Positions 47,846 to 58,578 of a stretch of DNA of 64,000 bases are shown piece after piece. Numbering within the stretch: the first letter of the stretch is position 1; each line of letters begins with the position of its first letter. The notes under the pieces were generated by a model. It was not told the origin of the DNA and searched no databases. It saw nothing but the letters and a program-made list of their open reading frames with translations. The translations under genes and the position numbers were made by a program. The stretch comes from an uncultured Actinomycetota bacterium. GTDB lineage: Bacteria; Actinomycetota; Actinomycetes; Propionibacteriales; Propionibacteriaceae. Location: contig CAVWTT010000001.1 in NCBI GenBank assembly GCA_963758075.1, positions 76,973 to 140,972 on the forward strand, in the 5' to 3' direction.

Positions 47846-49414
47846 ATGCCACTGATCGAACCGAGCCCGATCCCCGACCCCGACACGCTGGGACCGATCC
47901 ACTTCATCGCCATCGGCGGCTCCGGCATGAACGGGGTCGCCACCGTCTACGCCCAGCGCGGCATCGAGGTCAGCGGCAGCGACCGGTCCGACTCCGACTA
48001 CCTGCGGTCACTGGCCGCACTCGGTGTCCGCACCCATGTCGGCCATGCCGCCGACCAGCTCGGCGCGGCCCGAAGCGTGGTGGCCTCCTCGGCGATCCGT
48101 GAGACCAACCCGGAACTCGCCGAGGCCCGCCGGCGTGGACTGCCGGTGCTGCACCGCAGCGTGGCCCTGGCGGCCCTGATGAAGGGCCGTCGCGGCATCG
48201 CGGTCGCCGGCACCCACGGCAAGACCACCACCACGGCGATGATCGCCCACCTGCTCGGTTCGCTCGGCGCCGATCCGTCCTACGTCATCGGCGGGGCCCT
48301 CTACCACACCGACGGTGACGGGGTGGGCGAGGGCCGGCACGGCGGCGGCGGTCACGCCAAGACCGGCGGCCATCTGGGTGGCGGACCCGACTTCGTCGTC
48401 GAGGCCGACGAGTCCGACGGCTCGTTCCTGCAATATCCGACCGAGATCGCGGTCGTCACCAATGTCGACCCCGACCATCTGGTCAACTGGGGCACCCCGG
48501 AGAACTACCGCGCCGGTTTCCGCCGCTTCCTCACCGGTAGCGATCCGAGCACCGGCACCCGGCCGCGGCTGGTGGTCCTCAGCGCCGACGACCCGGGCGC
48601 CGTCGCACTGGCCGCCGACATCGGCGCCCGCGCCACGGACACCGACCCCGGCCCGGAGCTGGTGACCTTCGGGCGCGCCGCCGGCGCCGACATCCGGATC
48701 ACCGACGAGACCTTCGCCGGCCTCGGCTCACAGTTCGTCCTGCACGATCGGACCGCCCAGGACGGGTCCGGACCGGTGCGCCTGGTCGTGCCCGGCGACT
48801 ACAACATGCTCAACGCCGCCGCCGCGTACGCCGTCGCCACCCGGATCGGTCACGACCCGGCCGCCGTCCGGCAGGCGCTGGCCGGCTACCCGGGCACCTA
48901 CCGTCGCTTCCAACTCGTCGGCAGCGGCCGCCGGGTCCGGGTCTTCGACGACTACGCCCACCATCCGACCGAGGTGGCGAACACGGTCCGGGCGGCCCGG
49001 GCCGCGGTCGACGACAGCGGAGAAGGCCGGTTGGTCGCGGTGATGCAACCCCACCTGTACTCCCGCACCCGGGACTTCTGGCGCGAGTTCGGCCAGGCCC
49101 TGCAGCCGGCCGACGAGGTCGTGGTGATGGACGTCTGCGGCGACCGCGAAGATCCGATCCCCGGCATCACCGGCCGGCTGGTCGCCGACGCCGTACCCGC
49201 CGGCAGCGCACGCGTCACCTACCAACCCGACTGGGACGCCACCGCCGCCACCGTGGCCGGCATCGCCCGGCCCGGCGACCTGGTGGTCACCCTCGGCTGT
49301 GGTGACGTCACCAGGGTGGCGCCGTTGATCGTGGCCGAACTGCGTACCGCGGATCCGCCCACCGGCGGCTCGGCGTCGGGACCGGAGGCTGCCGGCCGGG
49401 AGGTCTCCCGATGA
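47846..49414 (+). CDS. murC: UDP-MurNAc:L-Ala ligase
   Basis: IGGSGM, GTHGKTTT, EADESD, DDYAHHP, QPHLYSR. Confidence 0.95.
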   Translation: MPLIEPSPIPDPDTLGPIHFIAIGGSGMNGVATVYAQRGIEVSGSDRSDSDYLRSLAALGVRTHVGHAADQLGAARSVVASSAIRETNPELAEARRRGLPVLHRSVALAALMKGRRGIAVAGTHGKTTTTAMIAHLLGSLGADPSYVIGGALYHTDGDGVGEGRHGGGGHAKTGGHLGGGPDFVVEADESDGSFLQYPTEIAVVTNVDPDHLVNWGTPENYRAGFRRFLTGSDPSTGTRPRLVVLSADDPGAVALAADIGARATDTDPGPELVTFGRAAGADIRITDETFAGLGSQFVLHDRTAQDGSGPVRLVVPGDYNMLNAAAAYAVATRIGHDPAAVRQALAGYPGTYRRFQLVGSGRRVRVFDDYAHHPTEVANTVRAARAAVDDSGEGRLVAVMQPHLYSRTRDFWREFGQALQPADEVVVMDVCGDREDPIPGITGRLVADAVPAGSARVTYQPDWDATAATVAGIARPGDLVVTLGCGDVTRVAPLIVAELRTADPPTGGSASGPEAAGREVSR

Positions 49415-50157
49415 CCATCAGCCCTCCGCAATCGCGGCTCGACTCCGGCCCGGAGGAGACGGTGCTGCTGGACTGGCGGCGCCGACGCAACCGGCGCCGG
49501 CTGCTGCTGCGGCTCGGCATCCCGCTGCTGGTGCTGTTGCTGGCGGCCGCCGGCATCTGGGTCGTGGGCTTCTCCGCCGTCCTCGACGTCCGCTCCGTGC
49601 GCACCACCGGCCTGACGGCACTGGACCGGGGCCAGGTTCTCCGGGCCGCGGCTGTGCCGGATGGTGCTCCGCTGGCCCGGGTGGACCTGACCGCGGTCCA
49701 CGACCGGGTCGCTGCGCTGCGGCCGGTCGATTCGGTCACGGTTGAACGCCACTGGCCGCACACCGTGCAGATCGACGTGGTCGAACGCACCGCGGTCTAT
49801 GCGGTCCCGCAGACCCCGACCGGGTTCCTGCTGGTGGACCGCTACGGCGTCGCCTACCGCACCGTCAGCGACGCGCCGCCGGCACTGCCGCGGGCGGCGA
49901 TCGATCCGTCCCAGACCCAGCTCCTGCAGCCGTTGGCGACGGTCGCCGGGGCACTGCCGCCGTCGCTGCGCAGCAAGGTGGACCGGATCGAGGCTGACAG
50001 CCTGGACGCCATCGTGCTCCGGCTGCACAACGGCCGGACCGTCGTCTGGGGCAGCGCCGACCGGTCGGCGCTGAAATCCCGGGTGCTCACCGCGTTGTTG
50101 AAGGTCCACGGCAGCCATTACGACGTGTCCGCGCCCGGGAACCCGGCCGTCCGCTGA
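49411..50157 (+). CDS. ftsQ: Cell division protein FtsQ/DivIB
   Basis: Single TM segment, POTRA-like domain, WPHTV..ER, YDVSAPGNP. Confidence 0.9.
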   Translation: MTISPPQSRLDSGPEETVLLDWRRRRNRRRLLLRLGIPLLVLLLAAAGIWVVGFSAVLDVRSVRTTGLTALDRGQVLRAAAVPDGAPLARVDLTAVHDRVAALRPVDSVTVERHWPHTVQIDVVERTAVYAVPQTPTGFLLVDRYGVAYRTVSDAPPALPRAAIDPSQTQLLQPLATVAGALPPSLRSKVDRIEADSLDAIVLRLHNGRTVVWGSADRSALKSRVLTALLKVHGSHYDVSAPGNPAVR

Positions 50158-50170
50158 CCATGTCCCGACA

Positions 50171-50330
50171 GGGTCACCGTGAAGTAGAAGTTGAGACCCT
50201 GACGGCGTGTCGGGGCCTTTGGGCGGGCCGAGCGTGCGTCGTGTGGACTTTCTCTGCGCCGACCTCATAGCCTGACGACCGCGCCCCGGTCTGGACTTGC
50301 GAGACTCACCCGTTGACCTCAGGTTGAGAC
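50171..50330 (+). promoter_or_regulatory. ftsZ promoter region with two imperfect inverted repeats ending GTTGAG and a GGCGTGTC motif
   Basis: GGGTCACCGTGAAGTAGAAGTTGAGACCC (50171-50199), CTCACCCGTTGACCTCAGGTTGAG (50305-50328), GGCGTGTC (50204-50211). Confidence 0.45.
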
Positions 50331-50442
50331 TGACGCCTGCTGGTCAGGCGGGCCGGGTCACGGCCGGTCATGCAGAGTCGGGCCGGGGCACAGACACGGG
50401 GCACAGAATCGGCTATCCGGCAGGGAAGAAGAGGCGGAATCA

Positions 50443-51774
50443 GTGGTCACTGCATCACAGAACTACCTGGCGATCATCAAGGTGGTCGGTGTCGGCGGTG
50501 GCGGCGTCAACGCGGTCAACCGGATGATCGAGGCCGGTCTGCGCGGCGTCGAGTTCATCGCCGTGAACACCGACGCCCAGGCCCTGCTGATGAGTGACGC
50601 CGACGTCAAACTCGACATCGGCCGTGACCTGACCCGCGGACTCGGCGCCGGCGCCGATCCGGACAAGGGCCGACAGGCAGCCGAGGATCACGCCGAGGAG
50701 ATCGAGGAGGCGCTCAAGGGTGCCGACATGGTCTTCGTCACCGCCGGTGAGGGCGGCGGCACCGGCACCGGCGGTGCGCCGGTGGTCGCCCGGATCGCCC
50801 GCGCGCTGGGCGCGCTGACGATCGGCGTGGTGACCCGCCCGTTCAGCTTCGAGGGTCGGCGCCGTTCGGTGCAGGCCGAGGACGGGATCGGCCACCTCCG
50901 CGAGGAGGTCGACACCCTGATCGTCATCCCCAACGACAAGTTGCTGGCGATGACCGACCACCAGGTCGCGATCCTCGACGCGTTCAAGCAGGCCGACCAG
51001 GTGCTGATGCAGGGTGTCTCCGGGATCACCGACCTGATCACCACCCCCGGCCTGATCAACCTCGACTTCGCCGACGTCAAATCGGTGATGTCCAATGCCG
51101 GCTCGGCTCTGATGGGCATCGGTTCGGCCCGCGGTGATGAGCGGGCGCGAGCCGCCGCCGAACTGGCCGTCTCCTCGCCACTGCTGGAGGAGAGCATCGA
51201 CGGCGCCCGCGGTGTGCTGCTCTCCATCGCCGGCGGATCCGATCTGGGACTGTTCGAGGTGTCCGCCGCCGCCGACCTCATCCAGGCCGCGGCCCACGAG
51301 GAGGCCAATATCATCTTCGGCACGGTGATCGACGATGCGCTCGGCGACGAGGTCCGGGTCACCGTCATCGCTGCCGGCTTCGAGGACGGCCATCCGCCGC
51401 GCCGCCAGCCCGGCATCGGCCGGGCCCCGTCGGTGCGGACCGGACAAGCCGCGCTGGGTGCTCAGTCCGGCTCGACCGGCAGCCAGCCCGCATCCACGGG
51501 CAGCAGGCAGTCGGCCGGCACCGCCGGCCCGACGACGACCTCGGCCCAGGGCGGCTCCCAGCCGTCGAGCGTCCCGTCCTCGGCCCCCGCCGGCGCTCGA
51601 CCGACCAACCCGGCCGGCTCCGGGTCGGCCAACGGCAGCCGCCCGTCCGGGGCGGCCACCTCGGGTTCGTCCGCCGGCCAGGGCCCGTCCTCGACGGGCA
51701 GCACCGGCGCCCGACCGTCGGCGCAGCCCTCCGAGGACGACGACGACCTGGACGTGCCCGACTTCTTGAAGTAG
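50443..51774 (+). CDS. ftsZ: Cell division protein FtsZ
   Basis: GVGGGG, GGGTGTG, NLDFAD, C-terminal DLDVPDFLK. Confidence 0.98.
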   Translation: MVTASQNYLAIIKVVGVGGGGVNAVNRMIEAGLRGVEFIAVNTDAQALLMSDADVKLDIGRDLTRGLGAGADPDKGRQAAEDHAEEIEEALKGADMVFVTAGEGGGTGTGGAPVVARIARALGALTIGVVTRPFSFEGRRRSVQAEDGIGHLREEVDTLIVIPNDKLLAMTDHQVAILDAFKQADQVLMQGVSGITDLITTPGLINLDFADVKSVMSNAGSALMGIGSARGDERARAAAELAVSSPLLEESIDGARGVLLSIAGGSDLGLFEVSAAADLIQAAAHEEANIIFGTVIDDALGDEVRVTVIAAGFEDGHPPRRQPGIGRAPSVRTGQAALGAQSGSTGSQPASTGSRQSAGTAGPTTTSAQGGSQPSSVPSSAPAGARPTNPAGSGSANGSRPSGAATSGSSAGQGPSSTGSTGARPSAQPSEDDDDLDVPDFLK

Positions 51775-51933
51775 CAGCGTGTCGGCGGGCTGGTCCGTTG
51801 ATCCGGTCGATCCCGCCGGTAGGGTCGAGCAGAACGCGGCCGGACCGGCGCCGGATCACGTCCGGTCGGTGCCGACCGCAGACGCGGAAACAGGTTGCTG
51901 GAGATCCGGCGAAGGGAAGAGGTCGCAGGAGAG

Positions 51934-52497
51934 ATGGCGGATAGGTTGAAGCGCGCCGCGGCATGGCTCGGTCTCGTCACCGATGACCGCTACCCGGAGT
52001 ACGACGACACCGAGCCGACCGAGGGCGTGTCCCGGGAGGACCTGCTGGCCGAAGCCGAGCGGCGTACCCCGAGCAGCCCCGACTCGGCCAGTGTCACCCC
52101 GTTGGAGACCCGCCGGCCCGCGGTCCGCGAACCCGTCGGCGCAGCCGCGCGCGGCGCCACCGCCACCGCGACCGCCCCGGCAGTCGCCGACGTACCCGCA
52201 GCACCATCGGAGAGGGCCGACTTGTCCCGGATCGTCACGATTCACCCTCGGAGCTTCAACGACGCCCGGACGATCGGCGAACACTTCCGTGACGGCGTTC
52301 CGGTGATCATGAACCTGTCACAGATGGAGAACGCCGACGCCAAGCGGTTGGTCGACTTCGCCGCTGGGCTGATCCTTGGGCTGCGTGGCAATATCGAACG
52401 CGTCACCAGCAAGGTCTTCCTGCTGTCCCCGCAGAACGTCAACGTGACCGCGGAGGACAAGGAGCGCATCGCCGGCGGGTTCTTCAACCAGAGCTAG
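51934..52497 (+). CDS. sepF: Cell division protein SepF
   Basis: [25 protein letters not shown]...[14 protein letters not shown]. Confidence 0.95.
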   Translation: MADRLKRAAAWLGLVTDDRYPEYDDTEPTEGVSREDLLAEAERRTPSSPDSASVTPLETRRPAVREPVGAAARGATATATAPAVADVPAAPSERADLSRIVTIHPRSFNDARTIGEHFRDGVPVIMNLSQMENADAKRLVDFAAGLILGLRGNIERVTSKVFLLSPQNVNVTAEDKERIAGGFFNQS

Positions 52498-52569
52498 CCC
52501 CCGGCGCGGCCGCCGTGAAGGCGCTGGGACAGACCACGCACCGGCCACCAGTCACGAGGACCTGCAGGA

Positions 52570-52860
52570 ATGGCGATCATCGGCTACATCATCTACTGGA
52601 TCCTCTGGCTCTTCCTGCTGCTGTTGATCGCCCGGATGGTGCTGTCCTGGGTGCCGGTGTTGGTCCGCGACTGGCACCCGCGCGGAGCCATGCTGGTGGT
52701 CGCGGAGACCATCTACACCATCACCGATCCGCCGCTGCGGCTGCTGCGCAAGGTGTTGAAGCCGGTGCGGATCGGCTCCATGATGCTGGACATCGCGTTC
52801 CTGGGGCTGTGGCTCGCGGTGATCGTGCTGATGCGCGTGAACGCCGCCGTCTTCTGGTGA
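52570..52860 (+). CDS. yggT: YggT family membrane protein
   Basis: YTITDPPLRLLRKVL; position after sepF. Confidence 0.9.
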   Translation: MAIIGYIIYWILWLFLLLLIARMVLSWVPVLVRDWHPRGAMLVVAETIYTITDPPLRLLRKVLKPVRIGSMMLDIAFLGLWLAVIVLMRVNAAVFW

Positions 52861-53024
52861 CGGGCACCGTCGCTGCGGCCGACGACACGCCCCGACCGAC
52901 CGCATCGAGGCGAATTCCGGCCGACAGCAGCGCCATTGGGTACGGTTGGCACGCCCGCCCGGGGTCATGACCGCACGGGCGAGGCAGGAATCGTGCGAAG
53001 AGTTTCGACAATCCGAGGTGAACG

Positions 53025-53873
53025 ATGTCGCTGACGCTGGATGAGATCCGGAACATCAAGTTCCGGATGGCGAAGAGGTCGGGCTATGAGGTCCTGGACG
53101 TCGACGAGTTCGTCGACCAGGTGGAGGCCTCCTACGAGCAGGTGCTCGAGGAGAACGCGAACCTGAAGCGTCAGCTCGAGTCGCTGAAGACCACCGCCGA
53201 CGCCGGCGACCGGTCGGAGGAAGCAGTGGTCCGACCCGCGACCGCCACCGCCGAGTCGCCCAGCGGCGAGCGCATCGTCGTCACCACCAGCGGCGAGGCC
53301 AGCGCGGCCGTCGTCCGGCTGGTCCAGATGGCGACCGAGCAGTCCGAGGCCCTGGTCGCCGAGGCCGAGCAGGAGGCGCAGCGCATCAGCACCGAGGCCG
53401 GGCAGCAGGCCGAGCAGGTGCAGAGCGAAGCCAGGGCCCACGCCGAACGGATCCAGTCCGAGGCCCAGGGCAACGCCGACCGGCTGAACCAGGACACCGA
53501 GGACAAGCGGCGGGAGATGTTCTCCGAACTGGAGAAGCAGCGTGACCAGCTCGCCACGTCGGTCACCGAGTTGCGCCAGTTCGAGGCCCACTACCGGCAG
53601 AACCTGACCGACGAACTTCGGGGCCACATCGACACCGTGTCCTCCGGGCGCGCCGAACCGGACTCCGCACCGAAGGTCCTGACCGATCTCGACGACCGGC
53701 CGACCGCCGACGAGCGGACCAACGGCTCACGTGACAGCGCCACGACGGCCCCGGAGTCCGATCAGCGGCCCGCCGAGGACAGTGCCTTCCCCGACGCCCC
53801 GGAGTCGGGCGATCGGCAGCCGGCGCCGAGTGCCACCCCGCGGTTGGATGCGCTGCTGAACGAGGAGCACTGA
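53025..53873 (+). CDS. divIVA: DivIVA/Wag31
   Basis: LTLDEIRNIKF...GYEVLDVDEFVD; coiled coils; FEAHYR. Confidence 0.92.
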   Translation: MSLTLDEIRNIKFRMAKRSGYEVLDVDEFVDQVEASYEQVLEENANLKRQLESLKTTADAGDRSEEAVVRPATATAESPSGERIVVTTSGEASAAVVRLVQMATEQSEALVAEAEQEAQRISTEAGQQAEQVQSEARAHAERIQSEAQGNADRLNQDTEDKRREMFSELEKQRDQLATSVTELRQFEAHYRQNLTDELRGHIDTVSSGRAEPDSAPKVLTDLDDRPTADERTNGSRDSATTAPESDQRPAEDSAFPDAPESGDRQPAPSATPRLDALLNEEH

Positions 53874-54073
53874 GCACGAAGAACCCCTGAGCACCACGAG
53901 CGCCCGGGACCTCGGTCGTTCCAGCCGGCCGGGGCCCGGCGCAGGTCGCTCGCCGCGCGCTTCGGCTGTGCCGAAGGCGAGATTGTCAGCCGATCTCGCG
54001 TGGTTTCGTTGAAGAATGCCCGATCGGGCCCTACTGTTCGTGGAACTTGCTCGCATCCCGAGGGGGCTCGACG

Positions 54074-55466
54074 ATGACCGCCGACGCGACTCGTACAGCC
54101 AGGACCGGACCGTCCGCCACGTCCTCCGCACCGGACCGCGCTCGGACAGCCGCCGGGGCGACCCCGAAGAAGTCGAAGACCGGATCGGTCGGACCGGCGT
54201 CGGCACAGGCCGCACCGAGGAAGGCGGCCGTCACCAAGGCGACCGCAGAGAAGGCTGCCGCCAAGAAGCCGGCAACGAAGAAGCCGGCAACGAAGAAGCC
54301 GGCAACGAAGAAGCCGGCAACGAAGAAGCCGGCAACGAACGCGAAGAAGAAGACGACGGCGAAGAAGACGACGGCGAAGCAGGACACCCGCGCCCTGAGC
54401 TCGTCGAAGGGGACGTCCCGCTCCTCGGAGCAGACCGCGTCGACATCGACAAGGACGCCGAAGAAGAAGGCCCCGTCCACCAAGGCCCCGTCCACCAAGG
54501 CCCCGTCCACCAAGGCCCCGTCCACCAAGGCCCCGTCCACCAAGGCCCCGTCCACCAAGGCCCCGTCCACCAAGGCCCCGTCCACCAAGGCCGTCCACCA
54601 GGCGTCCACCAAGGCCGCGTCCACCAAGGCCGCGTCCACCAAGGCCCGCGTCCACCAAGGCTGCGTCCACCAAGGCCCGGTCCACCAAGGCCCGGTCCAC
54701 GACGACCCGGTCCGCGGCAGCGACCGCAGCACCGGGGACTGCCGCCGCAAAGACCGCCGACCGGCCGGCCGCCGGGCGATCGGCTCCGGAAGGGCCGAGG
54801 TCCGAACCGAAACAGGTCCTTGGACCCGAATCGGACCCGAATCGGGCGCCCGGAACACGGATGTCGGAACCGGAGTCCATACTCAAGTCCCACAACAGCA
54901 CAGCCGCAACGGGTGCCGACCAGACGGCACCGCGACGGCCCGACACGAAGAAGACGAACGACGTGACAGATACCAAAGCAACCACCGACGGTCCCGTCGC
55001 CGGTGACGCCGATCGCGCGACGATCGGCGAGGCCTTCGACCACGCGATGCAGGCCGGCCGGTCCAGCCGCATCGGCGAGCTGCCCGTCCGTCCCGGCGAG
55101 GACCCCTGGACCGCGGAGGAACTGGCCGAGGTCCGGGCCGAACTCGAGGCGGAGATCGTCCGACTGGCCGACCAGATCCAGGTTTCCGAGGCCGAACTGG
55201 TCGGATTATTGCGCGACGGCAGCGAGGGCGCCGGCCGGGATCCCGCCGACGTCGGCTCGACCAACTTCGAACGCGACCACGAGATCTCACTGGCCAACAA
55301 CGCCCGCGATCTGCTGGACCAGACCCGCTCGGCGCTGCGCCACATCGCCAACGGCACCTACGGGATCTGCGACAACTGCGGTCGACCGATCGGCAAGGGA
55401 CGGTTGCAGGCGTTCCCGCGTGCCACACTGTGTGTGGAATGCAAGCAGCGCGAGGAACGTCGATAA
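54074..55466 (+). CDS. Histone-H1-like Lys/Ala/Thr-rich domain fused to a DksA/TraR C4 zinc finger (DdbA-like), about 463 aa; one +1 frameshift at about 54646
   Basis: (KKPAT)5 and (KAPST)8; removing one C from AAGGCCCGCG makes the frame continuous into DPWT..., DPADVGS and CDNC...CVEC. Confidence 0.8.
54263..54586. repeat. Two 15-bp tandem arrays: AAGAAGCCGGCAACG x5 (54263-54337) and AAGGCCCCGTCCACC x8 (54467-54586), with degenerate copies to about 54700
   Basis: Direct reading. Confidence 0.95.
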
Positions 55467-56128
55467 GGCCATCCGCCCCCACCAACAGCCGCCGGCGCAC
55501 CCGCAGCCGGTGGCTGTTCGGCGTGGTCGCGCTGGCGGGCCTGGTCGCCGACGTGATCACCAAGCAGCTCGCGGTCGACCATCTCGACCCGGCCGACCCA
55601 CCCACCTTCCTGGCTGGGTTGGTGCGCCTCCAGCTGATCCGCAACTCCGGCGCGGCGTTCAGCCTGGGCGCGGGCAACACCATCGTCTTCGCGCTGCTGG
55701 CGATCGCCGTCCTGGTCTTCGTCCTGGCGGTGCTGGTGCCCCGGCTGGGCCACCCCGGTTGGGGCGTCGCGCTCGGCCTGCTGTCGGCCGGCGTCGCCGG
55801 CAACCTCTCCGACCGGATCTTCCGGGCACCCGGAGTGCTGCGTGGCCACGTGGTCGACTTCGTCCAACTGCCGCACTGGGCCATCTTCAACGTCGCCGAC
55901 ATGTGTGTCACCAGCGCCGCGGTCCTGATCGTCATCCTCGCCGTGTTCGGCAACGTCTCCGTCAGTGGCCACCGCTACCCGCGTCCGAGCCGGTCGTCCG
56001 GCAACGACGCCCGGTCGGCGGTGACGCGAGACGACGGCGCCCGGCCGACCGAACCGTCCGCCGACCCGGTGGCGCAGCCCGAGCCCACCGATGAGGCCGC
56101 CGGACCGACGTCGAGGGACAGCCGATGA
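55439..56128 (+). CDS. lspA: Lipoprotein signal peptidase II
   Basis: NSGAAFS, GNLSDR, VVDF, FNVAD. Confidence 0.95.
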   Translation: MQAARGTSIRPSAPTNSRRRTRSRWLFGVVALAGLVADVITKQLAVDHLDPADPPTFLAGLVRLQLIRNSGAAFSLGAGNTIVFALLAIAVLVFVLAVLVPRLGHPGWGVALGLLSAGVAGNLSDRIFRAPGVLRGHVVDFVQLPHWAIFNVADMCVTSAAVLIVILAVFGNVSVSGHRYPRPSRSSGNDARSAVTRDDGARPTEPSADPVAQPEPTDEAAGPTSRDSR

Positions 56129-57066
56129 CCGACGCGACGACCGGCGGGTCACGGACGGTGCTGGTGCCGGAGGGACTCGAGGGGGAGCGGGTGGACACCG
56201 CGGTGGCGCGGATGCTGGGCCTGTCCCGCAGCCGGGTCGCCGATCTGGCCTCCACCGGCGCGGTCCTCGTCGACGGCGAACCGGCGGGTAAGTCCGATCG
56301 GGTCAGCGCCGGTTCCATGCTCGAGGTCGAGCTGCCCGCCCCGAGCACCGGGGTACCGGTCACTCCCCGAGTGGTCGAGGGGGTCCGGATCGTGCACGAC
56401 GACGACCACATCGTCGTGGTGGACAAGCCGGTCGGCGTCGCCGCCCACCCCAGCCTCGGCTGGGACGGCCCGTCGGTCACCGAACACCTGGCCGGCGCCG
56501 GATTCCGCATCTCCACCTCCGGTGCGCCGGAACGGCAGGGGATCGTCCAGCGCCTCGACGTCGGCACCTCCGGCCTGATGGTGCTCGCCAAGAGCGAGGT
56601 CGCCTACACCGTGCTGAAGCAGGCGTTCCGGGACCGGACCGTCGACAAGACCTACCACGCCCTCGTGCAGGGCCACCCCGACCCGTTCGAGGGGACCGTG
56701 GACGCCCCGATCGGGCGGCACCCCGGCGCCGACTACAAGATGGCCGTGATGGCCGGGGGCCGGCACAGCGTCACGCACTACCGGACGCTCGAGGCGCACC
56801 GCGGCGCGACGTTGCTGGAGATCAAGCTGGAGACCGGCCGGACCCACCAGATCCGCGTCCACATGGCCGCGATCCGGCATCCCTGCGTCGGCGATCCCAC
56901 CTACGGTGCCAATCCTCGGCTGGCCGCCGAACTCGGACTGGCCCGGCAGTGGCTGCACGCCGTCGGCCTCGCCTTCACCCATCCGGCCACGGGGGAGCGG
57001 GTCGAGTTCGGCTCGCCGTACCCCGCCGATCTCGCCCAGGCCCTGGAAGCCGTTCGCGCCGGCTGA
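56125..57066 (+). CDS. rluD: RluA-family (RluD-like) pseudouridine synthase
   Basis: S4 domain, [34 protein letters not shown]. Confidence 0.92.
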   Translation: MTDATTGGSRTVLVPEGLEGERVDTAVARMLGLSRSRVADLASTGAVLVDGEPAGKSDRVSAGSMLEVELPAPSTGVPVTPRVVEGVRIVHDDDHIVVVDKPVGVAAHPSLGWDGPSVTEHLAGAGFRISTSGAPERQGIVQRLDVGTSGLMVLAKSEVAYTVLKQAFRDRTVDKTYHALVQGHPDPFEGTVDAPIGRHPGADYKMAVMAGGRHSVTHYRTLEAHRGATLLEIKLETGRTHQIRVHMAAIRHPCVGDPTYGANPRLAAELGLARQWLHAVGLAFTHPATGERVEFGSPYPADLAQALEAVRAG

Positions 57067-57134
57067 GAGCAGGCCGACCGAACCCAGGCAGGTCCGTTGT
57101 GCGTTCTCGCGGTGCGACGTACTAGGGTCGCGCT

Positions 57135-58550
57135 GTGCGTAGAGCGAAGATTGTCTGCACCCTCGGCCCGGCGACCTCGTCCCCGGAGCGGTTGGTCGAA
57201 CTGGTCCGTGCCGGCATGGACGTGGCCCGGCTGAACATGAGCCACGGCGACTACCCCGACCACCTGCGCAACCTGGAAGGTGTCCGCGCCGCGGCCCGGG
57301 AGGTCGGCCGCCCCATCGGGATCTTCGCCGACCTGCAGGGTCCCAAGATCCGACTCGGACGATTCGCCGAGGGGTCGGTGCAGCTGACCGTCGGCGCCCG
57401 TTTCACCATCACCACCGAGGACTGCGCCGGCGACGTCAACCGGTGCTCGACCACCTTCAAGGGGCTGCCCGGCGATGTCCGGCCCGGCGACGCCATCCTG
57501 ATCGACGACGGCCGGGTCCAACTGCAGGCCACCGAGGTCACCGACACCGACGTGATCACCACCGTCAAGGTCGGCGGCCCGGTGTCGAACAACAAGGGCA
57601 TCAACCTGCCGGGTGTGGCCGTCAGCGTCCCGGCCCTGAGTGAGAAGGATCAGGCGGACCTGCGCTGGGCCCTGGCCCAGGGCGTCGACATGATCGCCAT
57701 GTCCTTCGTCCGCAGCGCCGCAGACGCCGACGCAGCCCGCAAGATCATGGCCGAGGAGGGACGGACCGTCCCGATCATCGCCAAGATCGAGAAGCCGCAG
57801 GCGGTGGAGAACCTGGAGGAGATCATCGACGCGTTCGACGCGTTCATGGTCGCCCGCGGCGATCTCGGCGTCGAACTGCCGCTGGAGGAGGTGCCGCTGG
57901 TCCAGAAGCGGATCGTCACCGCCGCGCGGCGCTGGGCCAAGCCGGTCATCGTCGCCACCCAGATGTTGGAGTCGATGATCTCCGCACCGCGGCCCACCCG
58001 CGCCGAGGCCTCCGACGTGGCCAATGCGGTGCTGGACGGCGCCGACGCGGTGATGCTGTCCGGGGAGACCAGCGTCGGGGAATATCCGGTGGTGACCGTG
58101 GAGACGATGGCCCGGATCGTCAACGAGACCGAGGCCCACGGGATGGCGGAGATGCACGCCATCGACTGGGATCCGCACACCACCGCCGGCGTGGTGACGA
58201 AGTCGGCCGCCGACATCGCCGCCGGCGTCAGCGCCCGCTACCTGGTGGCGTTCACCCATTCCGGTGACTCGGCCCGCCGACTGTCCCGGCTGCGGTCCAC
58301 GATCCCGGTGCTGGCCTTCACTCCGCTGGAGAGCACCCAGGCCGAACTGACCCTGTCCTGGGGGATCGAGACGATCCTGGTGCCGATGGCCACCCACACC
58401 GACGACATGATCCGCCAGGTCGACAAGGCCCTGACCGAATCCGGCCGGATCTCGGAAGGGGAGCGGGTCGTCATCATCGCCGGTTCGCCTCCCGGCCGGG
58501 CCGGGGCCACCAACATGATCCGGGTCCGCCGGATCGGGCTGCCGCTCTAG
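57135..58550 (+). CDS. pyk: Pyruvate kinase
   Basis: KIVCTLGP, RLNMSHG, DLQGPKIR, AKIEK, ARGDLGVE, LSGETS. Confidence 0.97.
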   Translation: MRRAKIVCTLGPATSSPERLVELVRAGMDVARLNMSHGDYPDHLRNLEGVRAAAREVGRPIGIFADLQGPKIRLGRFAEGSVQLTVGARFTITTEDCAGDVNRCSTTFKGLPGDVRPGDAILIDDGRVQLQATEVTDTDVITTVKVGGPVSNNKGINLPGVAVSVPALSEKDQADLRWALAQGVDMIAMSFVRSAADADAARKIMAEEGRTVPIIAKIEKPQAVENLEEIIDAFDAFMVARGDLGVELPLEEVPLVQKRIVTAARRWAKPVIVATQMLESMISAPRPTRAEASDVANAVLDGADAVMLSGETSVGEYPVVTVETMARIVNETEAHGMAEMHAIDWDPHTTAGVVTKSAADIAAGVSARYLVAFTHSGDSARRLSRLRSTIPVLAFTPLESTQAELTLSWGIETILVPMATHTDDMIRQVDKALTESGRISEGERVVIIAGSPPGRAGATNMIRVRRIGLPL

Positions 58551-58578
58551 CCGGCCTGACCCGGACCCGGCGCGACGG

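Noticed and set aside
53984-54001. Fourth PafBC-type promoter
   Set aside because: TGTCAG is present but there is no TANNNT at the 10-nt spacing
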